DNA of 64,000 bases, taken from NCBI RefSeq assembly GCF_020745735.1, contig NC_083402.1, positions 7,440,001-7,504,000 of the forward strand, written 5' to 3'. Position 1 is the first letter of the stretch. The number at the start of each line of letters is the position of its first letter. The notes beneath the pieces were generated by a model that saw nothing but the letters and a program-made list of their open reading frames with translations, was not told where the DNA came from and ran no database searches. This stretch comes from Hemiscyllium ocellatum. Taxonomy: Eukaryota. The position numbers and the translations under genes are program-made. Below, one piece after another: positions 1-12,056 of this stretch.

Positions 1-429
1 TGGGAAAGCAAAACACAGACTGGATGATTACTTTGCAGAACAGAAATGTTCTGCCCACAAAAATGATTCTCAGCAGCCAGTTGCCTGCCATTTCCACACA
101 CCACTTTTTGGGGACCCAGTGACCTTCTGGACTCAATATTGAGGTGAATAATCTTAGGGCCTCAGCACCTTCTCCTACCTCCTTCCCCAACCCCCACACA
201 CCAGGCCTTGTCATCACATGGGCTACTACCAAAACAATCCATTGTCAGTGACGAATGGTCCCCATCAGCAGCTGTTCACTCTCCCAGGCCGACCTTTCCC
301 CTTTCGTTTGTCTGTCCAATTGTTTTTCTCTCTGTCTGGGGTCCCTTCCCACTGAGTGTTTACTCCTGCCTCCTCCCCCCTCCCCATCTTCAGCATCTAT
401 ACCAACCTTTCCGCAGCTATAATCAGTTA

Positions 430-2450
430 TAGAGTCATACAGCACAGGAGCAGACCCTTCAGTTCAACTAGTCCATATTGACCATAATCCCAAACTAAAG
501 TAGACCCACCTACCTGCGCTTTGTACATATCCCTCCAAACATTTCTTTTTCATCCACCATTTCCTCTGGAAGTTCATTCCACATGAACCACTCTCTGTGC
601 AAAATAAAAACTGCCCCTTAGAGGCATAGAGTCATAGAGATGTACAGCTTGGAAACAGACCCGCTGGTCCAACTCGTCCATGCCGACCAGATATCCCAAC
701 CCAATCTCGTTCCACCTGCCAGCACCCAGGCCATATCCCTTCAAATCCTTCCTATTCATATACCCATACAAATGCCACTTAAATGTTGCAATTGTACCAG
801 CCTCCACCACTTCCTCTGGCAGCTCATTCCATACACGTACCACCTTCTGCGTGAAAACGTTGCCCCTTAGGTCTGTTTGCTATCTTTCCCCTCTCACCCT
901 AAACCTCTGCCCTCTCGTTCTGGACTTCCCAACCCCAGGGAAAAGATTTTGCCTATTTATCCTATCCATGCCCCTCCCGTAATTTTGTAAACCTCTATCA
1001 GGTCACCCCTCAGCCTCCTTCCTTATGTCTTTTTAAAATCTTTCTCCTCTCACCTTAAAGATATGCCCCAGTCTTGAAATCTCCCACCTGAGCAAAAAGA
1101 CACCTGCCATTCACCTTATCTATATTCCTCATGCTTTCATCGATCTTGATAAGGTCACCTCTCAACCTAGTACACTCCAGTGAGAAATGTCCCAGTCGCT
1201 CCAGTCTCTTCCGGTAACTCAAGGCCTACTTTCTCGGCAACTTCCTGGTAAATCTCTTCTGAACCCTCTCCAGCTAAATGATATCCTTGTAATAACAGGG
1301 TGACCAGAACTGGACACAACAGAGGCCTCACCAGCATCCTGTCTAACCTGAACATAATATACCAACTCCGATAATCAAAGGTCTGAGCAATGAAGGCAAG
1401 TGTGCTGAACCACCGTATATATAGATGATGCAAACTTGGAAGAATTCTGTACCTGAATCCCTAGGTCTCTGTTCTACAGCACGACCCAAGGCCCTACTTT
1501 TAATTGTGTAAGTCTTCCCTTTGTTTGTTTTTCCAAAATGCAATACCTCACACTTATCTTCAACTCTATCTGTCACTCTTCAGCCCATTGAGCCATTTGA
1601 TAAAGATCTTTTTGTATTCTAAGATAACCTTCTTCACTGTTCAATATTCCATCAATTTTGGGATCAACCACAAACTTGCAAAACATGCTTTTTGTAATCT
1701 CATCGAAATTGTTCATATAAATCAGTGACAAAAGTGGGCCCAGCCCTGATCCCCGTGGAACCCTGCTGGTCACAGGCCTCCAGAACAAAACCCTCCCTCC
1801 ACCGTCACTCTCTGTCTTCTGCCTTTCAGCCAATTGTGCATCCACTTGCCAAGCTCACCCGGAATCCCATGGGATCTAACTTCACTAATTAGTCTACCAT
1901 GCGGAACCTTGTCAAAGGATTAACCAAAGTCTAAGTAAACAATGTTAACCCCTCTGCCCTCATCAATTTTCTTGTTTACTTCTTCAAAAAACTCAATCGA
2001 GTTTCTGAGACACAATATCCCTTGCACAAAACCATGCTGACTATCCCAAATCATTCCTTGCCTCTCCAAATGCATATAAATCCAAAATTTTGGAACAACT
2101 TACTCACCACTGAAGTCAGACTCACAGGTCTGAAGTTCCCAGGCTTCTCCTGACATCCCTTCTTGAATATTAGCCACTCTCCAGTCATTCAGCACCTGAC
2201 TGTTATTCATGGACGATACAAATGTTCCTGCAGGGGGCCCAGCAATTTCCTCTTCACTTCTGACAAAGTCCTGGGATTGAGTAGATCACGTCTCAGAGAT
2301 TTATATTTATATTTTCGAAGATCTCTAACAATTCCTCTTCTGTACTGCACGCTGTTTTCAAAATGTTAATATTTATTTCTCAGAGTTCTCTCACCTCCAC
2401 TTGTTTCTCCACAGTAAAAACTGACACAAAATATTCATTTGATATCTCTC
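430..2450 (-). mobile_element. Degenerate CR1-type LINE fragments (RT region and 3' ends)
   Basis: Minus-strand ORFs carry CR1 RT motifs (WRPVTSRVPRGSGLGPLL, KCEVLHFGKTN); frameshifted and nested. Confidence 0.85.
621..1020 (-). mobile_element. 5'-truncated CR1 3'-end insertion present only in duplication copy A
   Basis: Flanked by cctta at 616-620 and 1021-1025; the paralogous site near 20925 is empty (ctgccccttatgtc). Confidence 0.8.
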
Positions 2451-2461
2451 CCATCTCCTGA

Positions 2462-2719
2462 GTGGTGGCATGATGGCTCAGTGGTTAGCACTGGCACCGG
2501 GGACCTGAGTTCAATTCCAGCCTCAGGCAGCTGGAGTTTGCATGTTCTCCCTGTGTGGTGAGGGTTTCCTCCCACAGTCCAAAGATGTACAGGTTAGGTG
2601 AATTGGCCATGCTACGTTGCCCATAGTATTAGGTGTATTAGTCAATGGAAATGGGTCTGGGTGGGTTACTCTTTCGAAGGTCGGTGTGGACTTGTTGGGC
2701 CGAAGGGCCTGTTTCCACA
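2462..2719 (+). mobile_element. tRNA-derived SINE (HE1-like)
   Basis: A-box-like tggctcagtgg and B-box-like agttcaattcc; body and CR1-like tail match 46196-46514. Confidence 0.85.
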
Positions 2720-3034
2720 TTAGATTAGATTAGATTAGTTACAGTGTGGAAACAGGCCCTTAGGCCCAACAAGTCCACACTGACCCGCCGAAGCGCAACT
2801 CACCCAGACCCATTCACGTACATTTACCCCTTCACATAACACTACGGTCAATTTTAGCTTAGCCAATTCACCAAATGTGCACATTTTGTGGACTGTGGGA
2901 GGAAACTGGAGCACCCAGAGGAGACCCACGCAGACACGGGGAGAATGTGCAAACTCCAAAATGAGGCGTAGAATTGAACCCAGGTCTGTGGCGCTGTGAG
3001 GCAGCAGTGCTAACCACTGTGCAACCATGCCCCC
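2720..3034 (-). mobile_element. tRNA-derived SINE (HE1-like), tail-to-tail with the preceding copy
   Basis: Reverse complement of the same SINE with a (TAATC)n tail, read as ttagattaga on +. Confidence 0.9.
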
Positions 3035-3059
3035 ACATTGTAGGGAATCTAAAACACAA

Positions 3060-3790
3060 AGACAACCTCTTTGCTTTTTAAGGAGGCTTACACTCTATCT
3101 CTTGTTGCTGTCTTGGTCTTAATGTACTTATAGAATCCCTTTGGATTATCCTTAACCTTATTTGCTGAGCCTATCCCATATTTTTTCTTTGATTTCCAGA
3201 ACTCTCTCTTATGAATGCCCCGACACTCATTATATGGTGCAAGAGATCCAATTGGATCCAGTTGTTTGTATTTAGTATATGATCCTTTTTTATCCCTGAC
3301 TGGAACCTCCATCTCTTTATTCACACATTGTTCCCGAAAGCAGTACAGTTGAAACCATCCTTTGTGAATGGTCTTTTCTGCCTCAGAAGAGATCGCAGTG
3401 ATCCAAGAATCTGAATCCCTGAACATTACACCACCTCTTCAGCCATTGATTTGTCTCCTTTCTCCTTTTGTTCCCTCATTTGAGTTCGAGTCTGGGAGTA
3501 AATTAGAGATTAGTACTTTTGAGGGTCTGTTTTTTAAATTTTCGACCTAACCTCTGATATTCACTTTGTAAAGCCTTTATTCTTTCCCTAACCATGTCAT
3601 TCCCATCAATATGTACAAAAACTTCCAGTATCTCACTCTTCCCTTGAACAGTATGTGTCAAACATTTTGCAGTGTCCTTAATCCTAGCACCAAGAAAACA
3701 GTATAATATCCAAGATTCATGCTCACTGCTGCAGAGTCTCCTGTCTGTGCCCTTGACAGGAGAATCACCTACAACAATTATTCTTTTAAA
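3060..3790 (-). mobile_element. CR1 remnant: ORF1 esterase-like region and ORF2 start
   Basis: IIVVGDSPVKGTDRR...FLGARIKD (SGNH-type CR1 ORF1) and NKVKDNPKGFYKYIK. Confidence 0.75.
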
Positions 3791-4004
3791 AGGAGACTTA
3801 TCTATTTTCGCGCTCTGCAGGGTTTCTAATACCTCTTCCTTGTGAACCTCAATCCCACCTAGTCTAGTAGCCTGTATCTCAGTATTCTCCTTGACAACAT
3901 TGTCGTTTTCGAGAGTGAATACTGTTGAAAAATATTCGTTTAGTGCTTCCCCTGTCGCCTCTGACTCCACACACAACTTCCCACTACTATCCTTGGTTGG
4001 CCCT
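3791..4004 (-). mobile_element. 214-bp internal CR1 ORF2 fragment filling a deletion junction
   Basis: Encodes GKLCVESEATGEALNEYFSTVFTLE on -; absent from copy B; replaces the splice acceptor of the V exon. Confidence 0.8.
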
Positions 4005-4372
4005 TGATTGGGCAATGACAATCGTGGATGGAGTGAGGGCTGAGGAAGGAGGCTCCGCTGTCTTACCCTGCAGCTTCACCCACCATGACACTAACCTCAC
4101 ACTCACCGGCTCCATCTTATGGTACAAGGAGGAAACACGGGCTTTTATCTTTACCTGTACATATCCTGGTCCAGACCATTCCCAGGGTGAGCTATGTGAG
4201 AATGTGAGACAGCGGGACGGTGGGAATCGATTCAGATTCGTGGGGAGTCTCACCAACAAAGATGCCTCAGTAATGATGGAGGGACTGAGCCAGGAGGATG
4301 CTGGTCCCTATCGTGTGGAACTCAATATTGATAGTTTTCAAACAAAGTCTCCAACAAAGCTGGAAGTTGAAG
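4005..4372 (+). pseudogene. Ig V-set exon type I (Siglec-15-like), disabled copy 1
   Basis: AVLPCSFTH...WY...RFRFVG...DAGPYRVE. The acceptor is replaced by CR1 DNA, a 6-nt deletion removes the F-strand Trp-Cys, and the donor is mutated (gaag|gaaagg versus gaag|gtaagg in copy 3). Confidence 0.9.
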
Positions 4373-4774
4373 GAAAGGAACAATGTTTGGATGGTGTCAC
4401 TGCCCCGATAGCTCAACGAGAACAGGGTCTACCTGGGCCCGGAGAACTCGGGTTGGCTCCTTCTCTTGGGCTCTTTCAGTTGGTCTCAGGCAGGAGACAG
4501 TGAGAAGGAGAGAGAGAGAGAGAGAGAGATGAGGCTGGGATTATGGACCATTCCACCACTGTCTGAAACTTCCCACAGTCTCCCAACAACTCCCTAATTT
4601 GTTGTGTTCAAACTGGCTTCAGTGTTCTGAGGTAGGGACCAGAGAAAACATCACCAAGGATGCAAGCTCCAAGATCCACCTGGTTCCATGTTCCCTATGG
4701 GCAATATGGAGTCAATGACAGGGATCTCAAGGATGGATCTGGATAAAGGAAGTCGGGGGTCAGAGTGCATCGGT

Positions 4775-5895
4775 TTTTGAAGATGTCAGGACATGTTGAG
4801 AATGTGGTTGGAAAAGCAAATGGGATTTACAGGTTTCAGAAATGGAGGTGTTGAGAACTGAGGCAGGTAGCCCATAAGACACAGGAACAGAGGAAGGCCA
4901 TTCAGCCCATTGAGTCTGTTCCACATTCAATGAGATCATGACTGAGATGATAAACGTCAATTCCCCATTCTTGCTTTATCTTCACAATCCCTGATTCCGT
5001 GAATGATTAAAAATTTGTCTATCTCAGCCTTGGCTATACTTAATGACCCAACATGACCTCCTCTCTGTAGTAAAGTAGTCCAGAGATTCACTACCCTCTT
5101 AGAGAAGAAATTCCTCTCATCTGAAATGTGTAACCCCTCATTCTGAGCTGATGCCCTCTGTTCCTGACAAGGGGGACAACCACGCTGCATCCACCTTATC
5201 AAGCACCCGAAGCATCTTTAATGTCTCACTTTGGTCACTTGTCATTCTTCTGTAATCCATCAAGCACAGGCTCAATCTTGTCAAACGCTGCCCATAAGAC
5301 AGCCCCTCCCGACCTGGCATCAACTAATTGAATCTTCTCTGGACTGCCTCCAATGCCAGTTTCACTTTCCTTTGATAAGGGAACAAACCTATCCACAATA
5401 TTCCAGCTGTGAGCTAACTAGTGTCTGGTAAAACCTCCCCACTTTAAAATTCGATTCCATTTGAAATAAAGGTCAGCATTCCATTGACCTTCCCTACTCT
5501 CTGCTGAATGTTTTTGTGAATCTTCCATATTCTTCTGTTCTGGAACTTTCTGCAGGCTTTCTCTGTTTCACTAATATTCAGCCTCTCTATTCTTTGTGCC
5601 AAATGTATAACCTTACATTTTCCACATTATATTCCAATTGCCAAGTCTTTCCCACTTATTTAACCTGTCGACATCTCTCTGCAGCTTCTGTATTTCATCC
5701 TCATCACTTGCCTTCTCACCTACATTTTTGTCATCAGCAAACTTGGCTACAGTGCATTCACTGACCTCATCCAAATCATTAATGTATATTCTCATAAATG
5801 TGGCCCCATCTCAGATCCTGTGATACACCACTAATTACAGTTTGCAGGCTGAATATCACTCCCGTGTTATCCCAACTCTCTGTTTTCTATCAGTT
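4775..5895 (-). mobile_element. Old LINE (CR1/L2-clade) remnants
   Basis: ECTVAKFADD and GLSYGQRLTRL motifs on -; duplicated at 29170-30219. Confidence 0.7.
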
Positions 5896-5984
5896 GGTCA
5901 ATTCTCTATCCATGTTCGTACACTACCACCAGCACCATAGAATTTAATCGCATTAAGGAGCTTAATGTGTTGCACCTTCTGAAA

Positions 5985-8555
5985 TATCCGCCCCGATTCC
6001 CGCCCCCACGCCTAACCCCACCTCCACTCCCAGCTCCAGCCCCACACCAGGTCCTAGCTCCCAGCCCTGCCGTGTTTTCACCATCCCTCCAGACCGCCCC
6101 CTCTCTGAGGATGAACGAATGGTCCTCGGCAGAGGCCTCACCTTCATTCCCCTACGCTCTCGGATTAACGAGTTCAACACGCGGCGAGACATCGGACAAT
6201 TCTTCCGCCGCCTTCACCTCCACGCCTACTTCTTCAAACAGGATTCTCGCCCACCCTCTGACGTCCCCTTGTCCCGCCTCCAACACACCTCATCCACCTG
6301 GACACCCTGTGCTGGCCTCTTACCCGCCCTCGATTTCTTCATTGCCAACTGCCGCCGCAACATTAACCGCCTCAACCTCTCCACCCCTCTCACCCACTCC
6401 AACCTCTCACCCTCGGAATGTGCAGCCTTCCACTCCCTCCGCTCCAACTCAACCTCACTATCAAACCAGCAGACAAGGGAGGCGCGGGAGTAGTTTGGCG
6501 CACCGACCTTTACACCGCTGAGGCTAAATGCCAGCTCGCGGATACCTCCTCCTACTGCCCCCTTGACCATGACCCCACCTCCCACCACCAAACCATCATC
6601 TCCCAGACCATCCATAGCCTCATCACCTCAGGGGATCTCCCATCCACCACCTCCAACCTCATAGTCCCACAACCCCGCACCGCCCGTTTCTTCCTCCTGC
6701 CCAAAATCCACAAACCTGACTGCCCCTGGCCGACCCATTGTCTCAGCCTGATCCTGCCCCACCGAACTCATCTCCGCATGCCTCGACACAGTTCTGTCCC
6801 CCTTAGTCCAAGAACTCCCCACCTACGTTTGGGACACCATCCACGCCCTCCACCTCTTCCATGATTTTTGCTTCCCCAGTCCCCAAAGCCTTATCTTCAC
6901 TATGGACGTCCAGTCCCTGTACACCTCCATCCCCCATCACGAAGGCCTCAAGGCCCTCTGCTTCTTCCTTTCCTGCCGTACCAACCAGTACCCTTCCACT
7001 GACACCCTCCTTCAACCGACTGAACTGGTCCTAACTCTGAACAACTTCTCTTTCCAATCCTCCCACTTCCTCCAAACCAAAGTTGTAGCCATGGGCTCCC
7101 GCATGGGCCCCAGCTATGGTTTCCTCTTCGTGGGATATGTGGAACAGTCCGTCTTCCGCAGCTACACTGGCACCATCCCCCACCTTTTCCTCCGCTACAA
7201 CGATGACTGTATCGTTGCTGCCTCGTGCTCCCATGAGGAAGGTTGAACAGTTCATCCACTTTACCAACGCCTTCCACCCCGACCTCAAATTTATCTGGAC
7301 CATCTCAGACTCCTCCCTCCCCTTCCTAGACCTCTCCATTTCTATCTTGGAAGACTGAATCAACACGGACATTAACTATAAACCGACCGATTCCACATCT
7401 ACCTAGACTACACCTCGTCCCACCCTGCCCCCTGTAAAAACGCCATCCCATATTTCCACTTCCTTCGTCTCCGCTGCATCTGCTCCCAGGAGGACCAGTT
7501 CCAATACCGAACAACCCAGATCGCCTCCTTCTTCAAAGAACGCAATTTCTCCCCCAATCATGGCCGACAATGCTCTCGGCTGCATCTCCTCCGCTTCCCG
7601 CTCCTTCGTCCTTGAGCCCTGCCCCTCCAATCGTGACCAGGACAGAACCCTACTGGTCCTCACCTCCCACCCCACCAACCTCCATAAACATCATATCATC
7701 CGTCGTCATTTCCGCCACCTCCAAACGGACCCCACCACCAGGAATATATTTCTCTGCCCTCCCCTATCAGCATTCCGAAAAGACCACTCCCTCAGTGACT
7801 CCCTTGTCAGGTCCACATCTCCCACCACCCCAACCTCCACTCTCGGTACCTTCCCCTGCAAACGCAAGAAATGCAAAATTTGCGCCCACACCTCCCCCCT
7901 TACTTCCCTCTAAGGCCCCAAGATTTCCTTCCATATCTGCCACAGATTCACCTGCACCTCCACACACACCATTTACTGCATCCGCTGCACCCGATGTGGC
8001 CACCTCTTTCTTGGGGAGACAGGCCGCCTAATTGTGGAACATTTCAGAGAACACCTCTGGGACTGCCAGATCAACCAACCCAACCACCCTGTGGATCAAC
8101 ACTTCAATTCCCACTCCCACTCCACCAAGGACACGCAGGTCCTTGGACTTCTCCATCGCCAGACCACAGCAACACGACGGCTGGAGGAAGAGCGCCTCAT
8201 CTTCCGCCTTGGAACCCTCCAACCACATGGGATAAACTCAGATTTCTCCAGTTTCCTCATTACCCCTCCCCCACCTTAAATCAGTCCCAACCCTCGAACT
8301 CAGCACCACCTTCCTAACCTGCAATCTTATTCCTGACCTCTCCACCCTCACTCCCACTCCAACCTATCAACCTCACCTTAACCTCCTTCCACCTATTGCA
8401 CTTCCAACGCCTCTCCCCCAAGTCCCTCCTCCCTACCTTTTATCTTAGCCTGTTTGGCATACTCTCCTCATTTCTGGAGAAGGGCTCATGACCGAAACGT
8501 CGATTCTCCTGCTCCTTGGATGCTGCCTGACCTGCTGTGCTTTTCCAGCAACACA
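5985..8555 (+). mobile_element. Penelope-like element (RT + GIY-YIG endonuclease), frameshifted, with 3' terminal repeat
   Basis: MVLGRGLTFIP, FTMDVQSLYTSIPH, AMGSRMGPSY, FLRYNDD, CKRKKCKIC and GETG..EHFREH motifs in shifting frames. Confidence 0.92.
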
Positions 8556-8574
8556 TTGACACCTCTGCTGTCAA

Positions 8575-9322
8575 TCTTGCCCCACCCTAAAGGAGCCTTT
8601 CACATCCATCAAAGATTTACCTGCGCATCCAGCAATATCATTAATTGAATCCGTTGCTCCCGATGCAGTGTCCTCTACATTGGGGAGACTGGACGCTCCT
8701 AGTACAGCACTTCAGGGAACATCTCCGGGACACCCATACCAATCAACCCCACTGCCCTGCGGCCCAAAATTTCAACTCCCCCTCCCACTCCGCTAAGGAC
8801 ATGCAGGTCCTGGGCCTCCTCCACTGCCGCACCCTCACAGGAAAAACACCTCATCTTCCGCCTCAGAACACTTCAACCCCATGACATCAATGTGGAGTTC
8901 ACCAGTTTCCTCATTTCCCCTTCCCCCACCTCACCCCAGATCCAACCTTCCAGCTCAGCACCGCCCTCATGAATTGTCCTATCTGCTAATCTTCCTTTCC
9001 ACCTATCCACTCCACCCTCCTCTCTGACCAATCACCTTCTTCTCCACCCCCCCATTCACCCATTGTACTCTTTGCTACCTTCCCCCACCCTCCTCTCTGA
9101 CCTATCACCTCCATCCCCACCCCCATTCCTTTATTGAACGAGATGCTACCTTCTCCCCACCCCCACCTCCCTCTCATTTGTCTCTCCACTCTGCAGGCAC
9201 CCTGCCTCGATTCCTGATGAAGGACTTTTGCACGAAACATTGATTTTCCTGCTCCTTGGATGCTGCCTGACCTGCTGTGCTTTTCCAGCACCACTCTAAT
9301 CTCGACTCTGGTTTCCAGCATC
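8575..9322 (+). mobile_element. Second Penelope-like fragment (GIY-YIG end + terminal repeat) in tandem
   Basis: QHFREHLRD, QNFNSPSHS and DMQVLGLLH motifs followed by the ctgatgaagg...gaaac terminal repeat. Confidence 0.8.
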
Positions 9323-9514
9323 TGTTTTTATCTGTTTATACCCACCCTCAACTACATCCCTGCAATAACAACTAAATCACATACCAATGTGTTAATCTAC
9401 ACCCTCAGCTCATCTGCCTTTCTCACAAGTAAATGCCATCCAGCCATGCCACACTCCCTTATGCCCTCCCTTGATGATATTCACACTGCCTTCTGGATTT
9501 CCTTGGATCATCTG

Positions 9515-9730
9515 TTGGATCAGTTAGCTTGGTTGGCTGGACAGTTGGTTTGCGATGTGGAGTAATGCCAACAATGCGGGTTTAATTCCCATCCTGCCTG
9601 TGGGGACCATGAAGGGTCTCAGGTTCTCAACCGTGTCCCTGTCTGAGGCAGAGTGGCCCTCAGGTTAAATCACCATCAGTCACCTCTCTCTAATGAGACA
9701 GCAGTTCTCTGGGATTATGACTGATTTATT
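9515..9730 (+). mobile_element. tRNA-derived SINE, second family
   Basis: B-box-like gggtttaattccc and core ccctcaggttaaatcacca; similar copy at 19905-20110. Confidence 0.65.
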
Positions 9731-10190
9731 TTTTTACTTCAGTTCTCCTTCTTCATGTCTCTGTGTATCACCTTCACCCTCTGCAATACTTTCACTGTGT
9801 ACCCCATCCCTCTGCTACGCCTGATGAATGAGCCAGGTTGCTGAAGGCTGGCTCGGTACTAGAGTAGAAGGTGATGGGAAATAGAAAAGGTTCTGCAGGG
9901 AGGGCCCTGAGTCCTGCTCTTCACATCACTCTGGGTCTCCTGGAAACTCTCAGGCACCAAAAACTCTCATCAACCAACAGCAACAAACACCCACAGTCGA
10001 ACCACAAACCCCCTGAAACCTCCTGTTGTGCTCCAGCCTGTAGCTCATTCCACACTGTCCCAGGTTAGTTTATAAACCACGACTGAAAAATGTTATATCT
10101 TTTCTCATCATACAACAGATTCAGTGTTTTACCTCACTGTTTGGTGTCTGTGCTGTGTTCATATCCTCTCTCTCTCTCCCCCCCTCACAG

Positions 10191-10577
10191 CTTTGTCTGC
10201 TAATGGTTGGTCAATGACAATCGCGGATGGAGTGTGGGCTGAGGAAGGAGGCTCCGCTGTCTTACCCTGCAGCTTCACCCACCCTGACACTCACCTCACA
10301 CTCACCGGCTCCATCTTATGGTACAAGGAGGAAACACGGGCTTTAATCTTTAACTGCACATATCCTGGTCCAGACGATTCCCAGGGTGAGCTGTGTGAGA
10401 ATGTGAGACAGCGGGACGGTGGGAATCGATTCAGATTCGTGGGGAGTCTCACCAACAAAGATGCCTCAATAATGATGGAGGGACTGAGCCGGGAGGATGC
10501 TGGTTCCTATTGGTGTCGTGTGGAGCTCAATATCGGCAACTTTCAATCATGGTATGGAACAAGCCTGGAAGTGAAAG
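10191..10577 (+). CDS. Intact Ig V-set exon type I, Siglec-15-like (sialic-acid-binding lectin-like domain)
   Basis: Polypyrimidine tract then cacag| acceptor, aaag|gtgagg donor, 387 nt, phase 1/1, no stops. Reads GWSM..AEEGGSAVLPCSFTHP..ILWY..IFNC..ELC..RFRFVG..DASI..DAGSYWCRVE..GTSLEV. Four cysteines and CRVE resemble Siglec-15 as recalled; orthology not established. Confidence 0.9.
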
Positions 10578-10877
10578 GTGAGGAACAATGTTCTGATGGT
10601 GTCAGTGCCCTGGCAGCTCAATGGGGACAGGCTCCACCAGGTCCGGGAGTTCTCGGGTTGGTTCCTACTCCTGGGCTCTTCCAATTGGTCTCAGGCAGGA
10701 GGCAGTGAGAAGGACAGAGAGAGAGGGAGAGACCTGGCTGGGATTTACAGACCAATCCATTTCCGACTCTGAAACCTCCCACAGTCACTCATTTGCTGTG
10801 GTCAGACCGGCGTCAGTTTTTTTTGGACAGGGAACAGACACAACATCATCAAGGATTCAAGCTCCAAGACCCCCTTC

Positions 10878-11026
10878 CCAATGACAGTCCTGCTCTATCG
10901 GCATTGGGTGAGAAAAAGAGATCCATAAATTCTGAGCCCTCATTGGATGAGCACGTCTCAGAGTGAGGGAACCCTCAGCTCGCATTGGCTGAAAACCTCA
11001 CTGTTTCTATCTTCCCTTTCTATTGG
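10878..11026. promoter_or_regulatory. Array of regularly spaced CCAAT boxes
   Basis: ATTGG at 10903, 10942, 10984 and 11022 (spacing 39, 42, 38) plus CCAAT at 10878; function is inference only. Confidence 0.35.
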
Positions 11027-12056
11027 CTGAACAGAAAATAGATGGATGGGGGGAGAAGGAATCTGCAGAGGCTAATGTCCTGGGGAATACTTTCCAATCC
11101 ATGGCAGATTGTGAAATTTGAATTTGAAAGGAATCTAGACTGAAAAGCCAGTTTAATAAAGACCATGTAGCCACCTCCGACAAAAAAAAACCTGGTTCAC
11201 TCATTTCCTTTAGGGAGGGAAATCTGTATCCTTAATGGTCTGACCTACATGCGGCCCCATACCCACTGTAATGAGGTTGACTCTTAACTGCCCCCTGAAT
11301 GACTCACTCTGTTGTGGACAAGGAGTGAACCCAGGTGTGTAAATGGAATTGTGACTCCAAGAGTAGGCCACAGGCTGGAGATCCTGTAAATTAACACACC
11401 TCCTGACTCCAAAGCATATTGACCAGTTAGAAGTGTGATGGAATACTCCCCACTTGTCTGGAAGAGTGCAGGAAAATATATTGCTGCCCTGTCACTGTCA
11501 CTGGGTCAAAATCCTGGAACTCCCACCCCAACAGTATTGTAACAATAAAAATAACAACAAAATACACTGCAGCAAGACAGCAACACTTCCTCCACCAGCA
11601 CCTTCCAAAGTAGTGACCTCTATGACCTCAGTGTAAAAAATGGCGTCAGATACAGACCATCCTGACTGGGAAATATAGTTATCTTTTCATTGTTCAAGGG
11701 GACATGGGTGTCACATGCTCGGTCAGCCTATATTGGCTATCCCTAATTGCCCTGGAGAAGGGAATGGTAAGCTGCCTTCTTGATCTGCTGCATCCCCTCA
11801 GCTGCAGGGAATTCACGATAAGGTTGGTTAAGGATTCCAAGGGCTTTGTCCCAGTCACACTGAAGTAATGATGAAATATTCCCAAATCAAGATGGTGAGT
11901 GTATTGGAGGGAAGCTTGTAAGTGGTGATGTTCTCATGTATATAGTGGAGGGAAAGTCATTGATGATACAGCAGGAGATGGTTAGGCTGAGGACTCTACA
12001 CTGAGGAACTCCTGCAGGGATGTTCTGGAGCTGAGATGACTGACCAACAACCACAA

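Larger units (their letters stand above)
1..5895. repeat. Segmental duplication, copy A (paralogous to 20263-30219)
   Basis: Position 1 (tgggaaagcaaaacacagactgg) matches 20263 (tgggtaaacaaaacacagactgg). Colinear to 3790/24190, resumes at 4005/28582 and ends at ctgttttctatcagtt 5895/30219. It spans several unrelated repeats plus a V exon, so it is not a single transposon. Confidence 0.9.

Noticed and set aside
3925-4014. N-terminus of ORF 3925-4503 as a signal peptide
   Set aside because: It is antisense CR1 sequence that happens to be in frame with the V exon.
9871-10068. ORF ending at a cccag|gttagt donor as leader of the 10191 exon
   Set aside because: The phase-compatible frame is not hydrophobic; the hydrophobic frame has a stop and no ATG.
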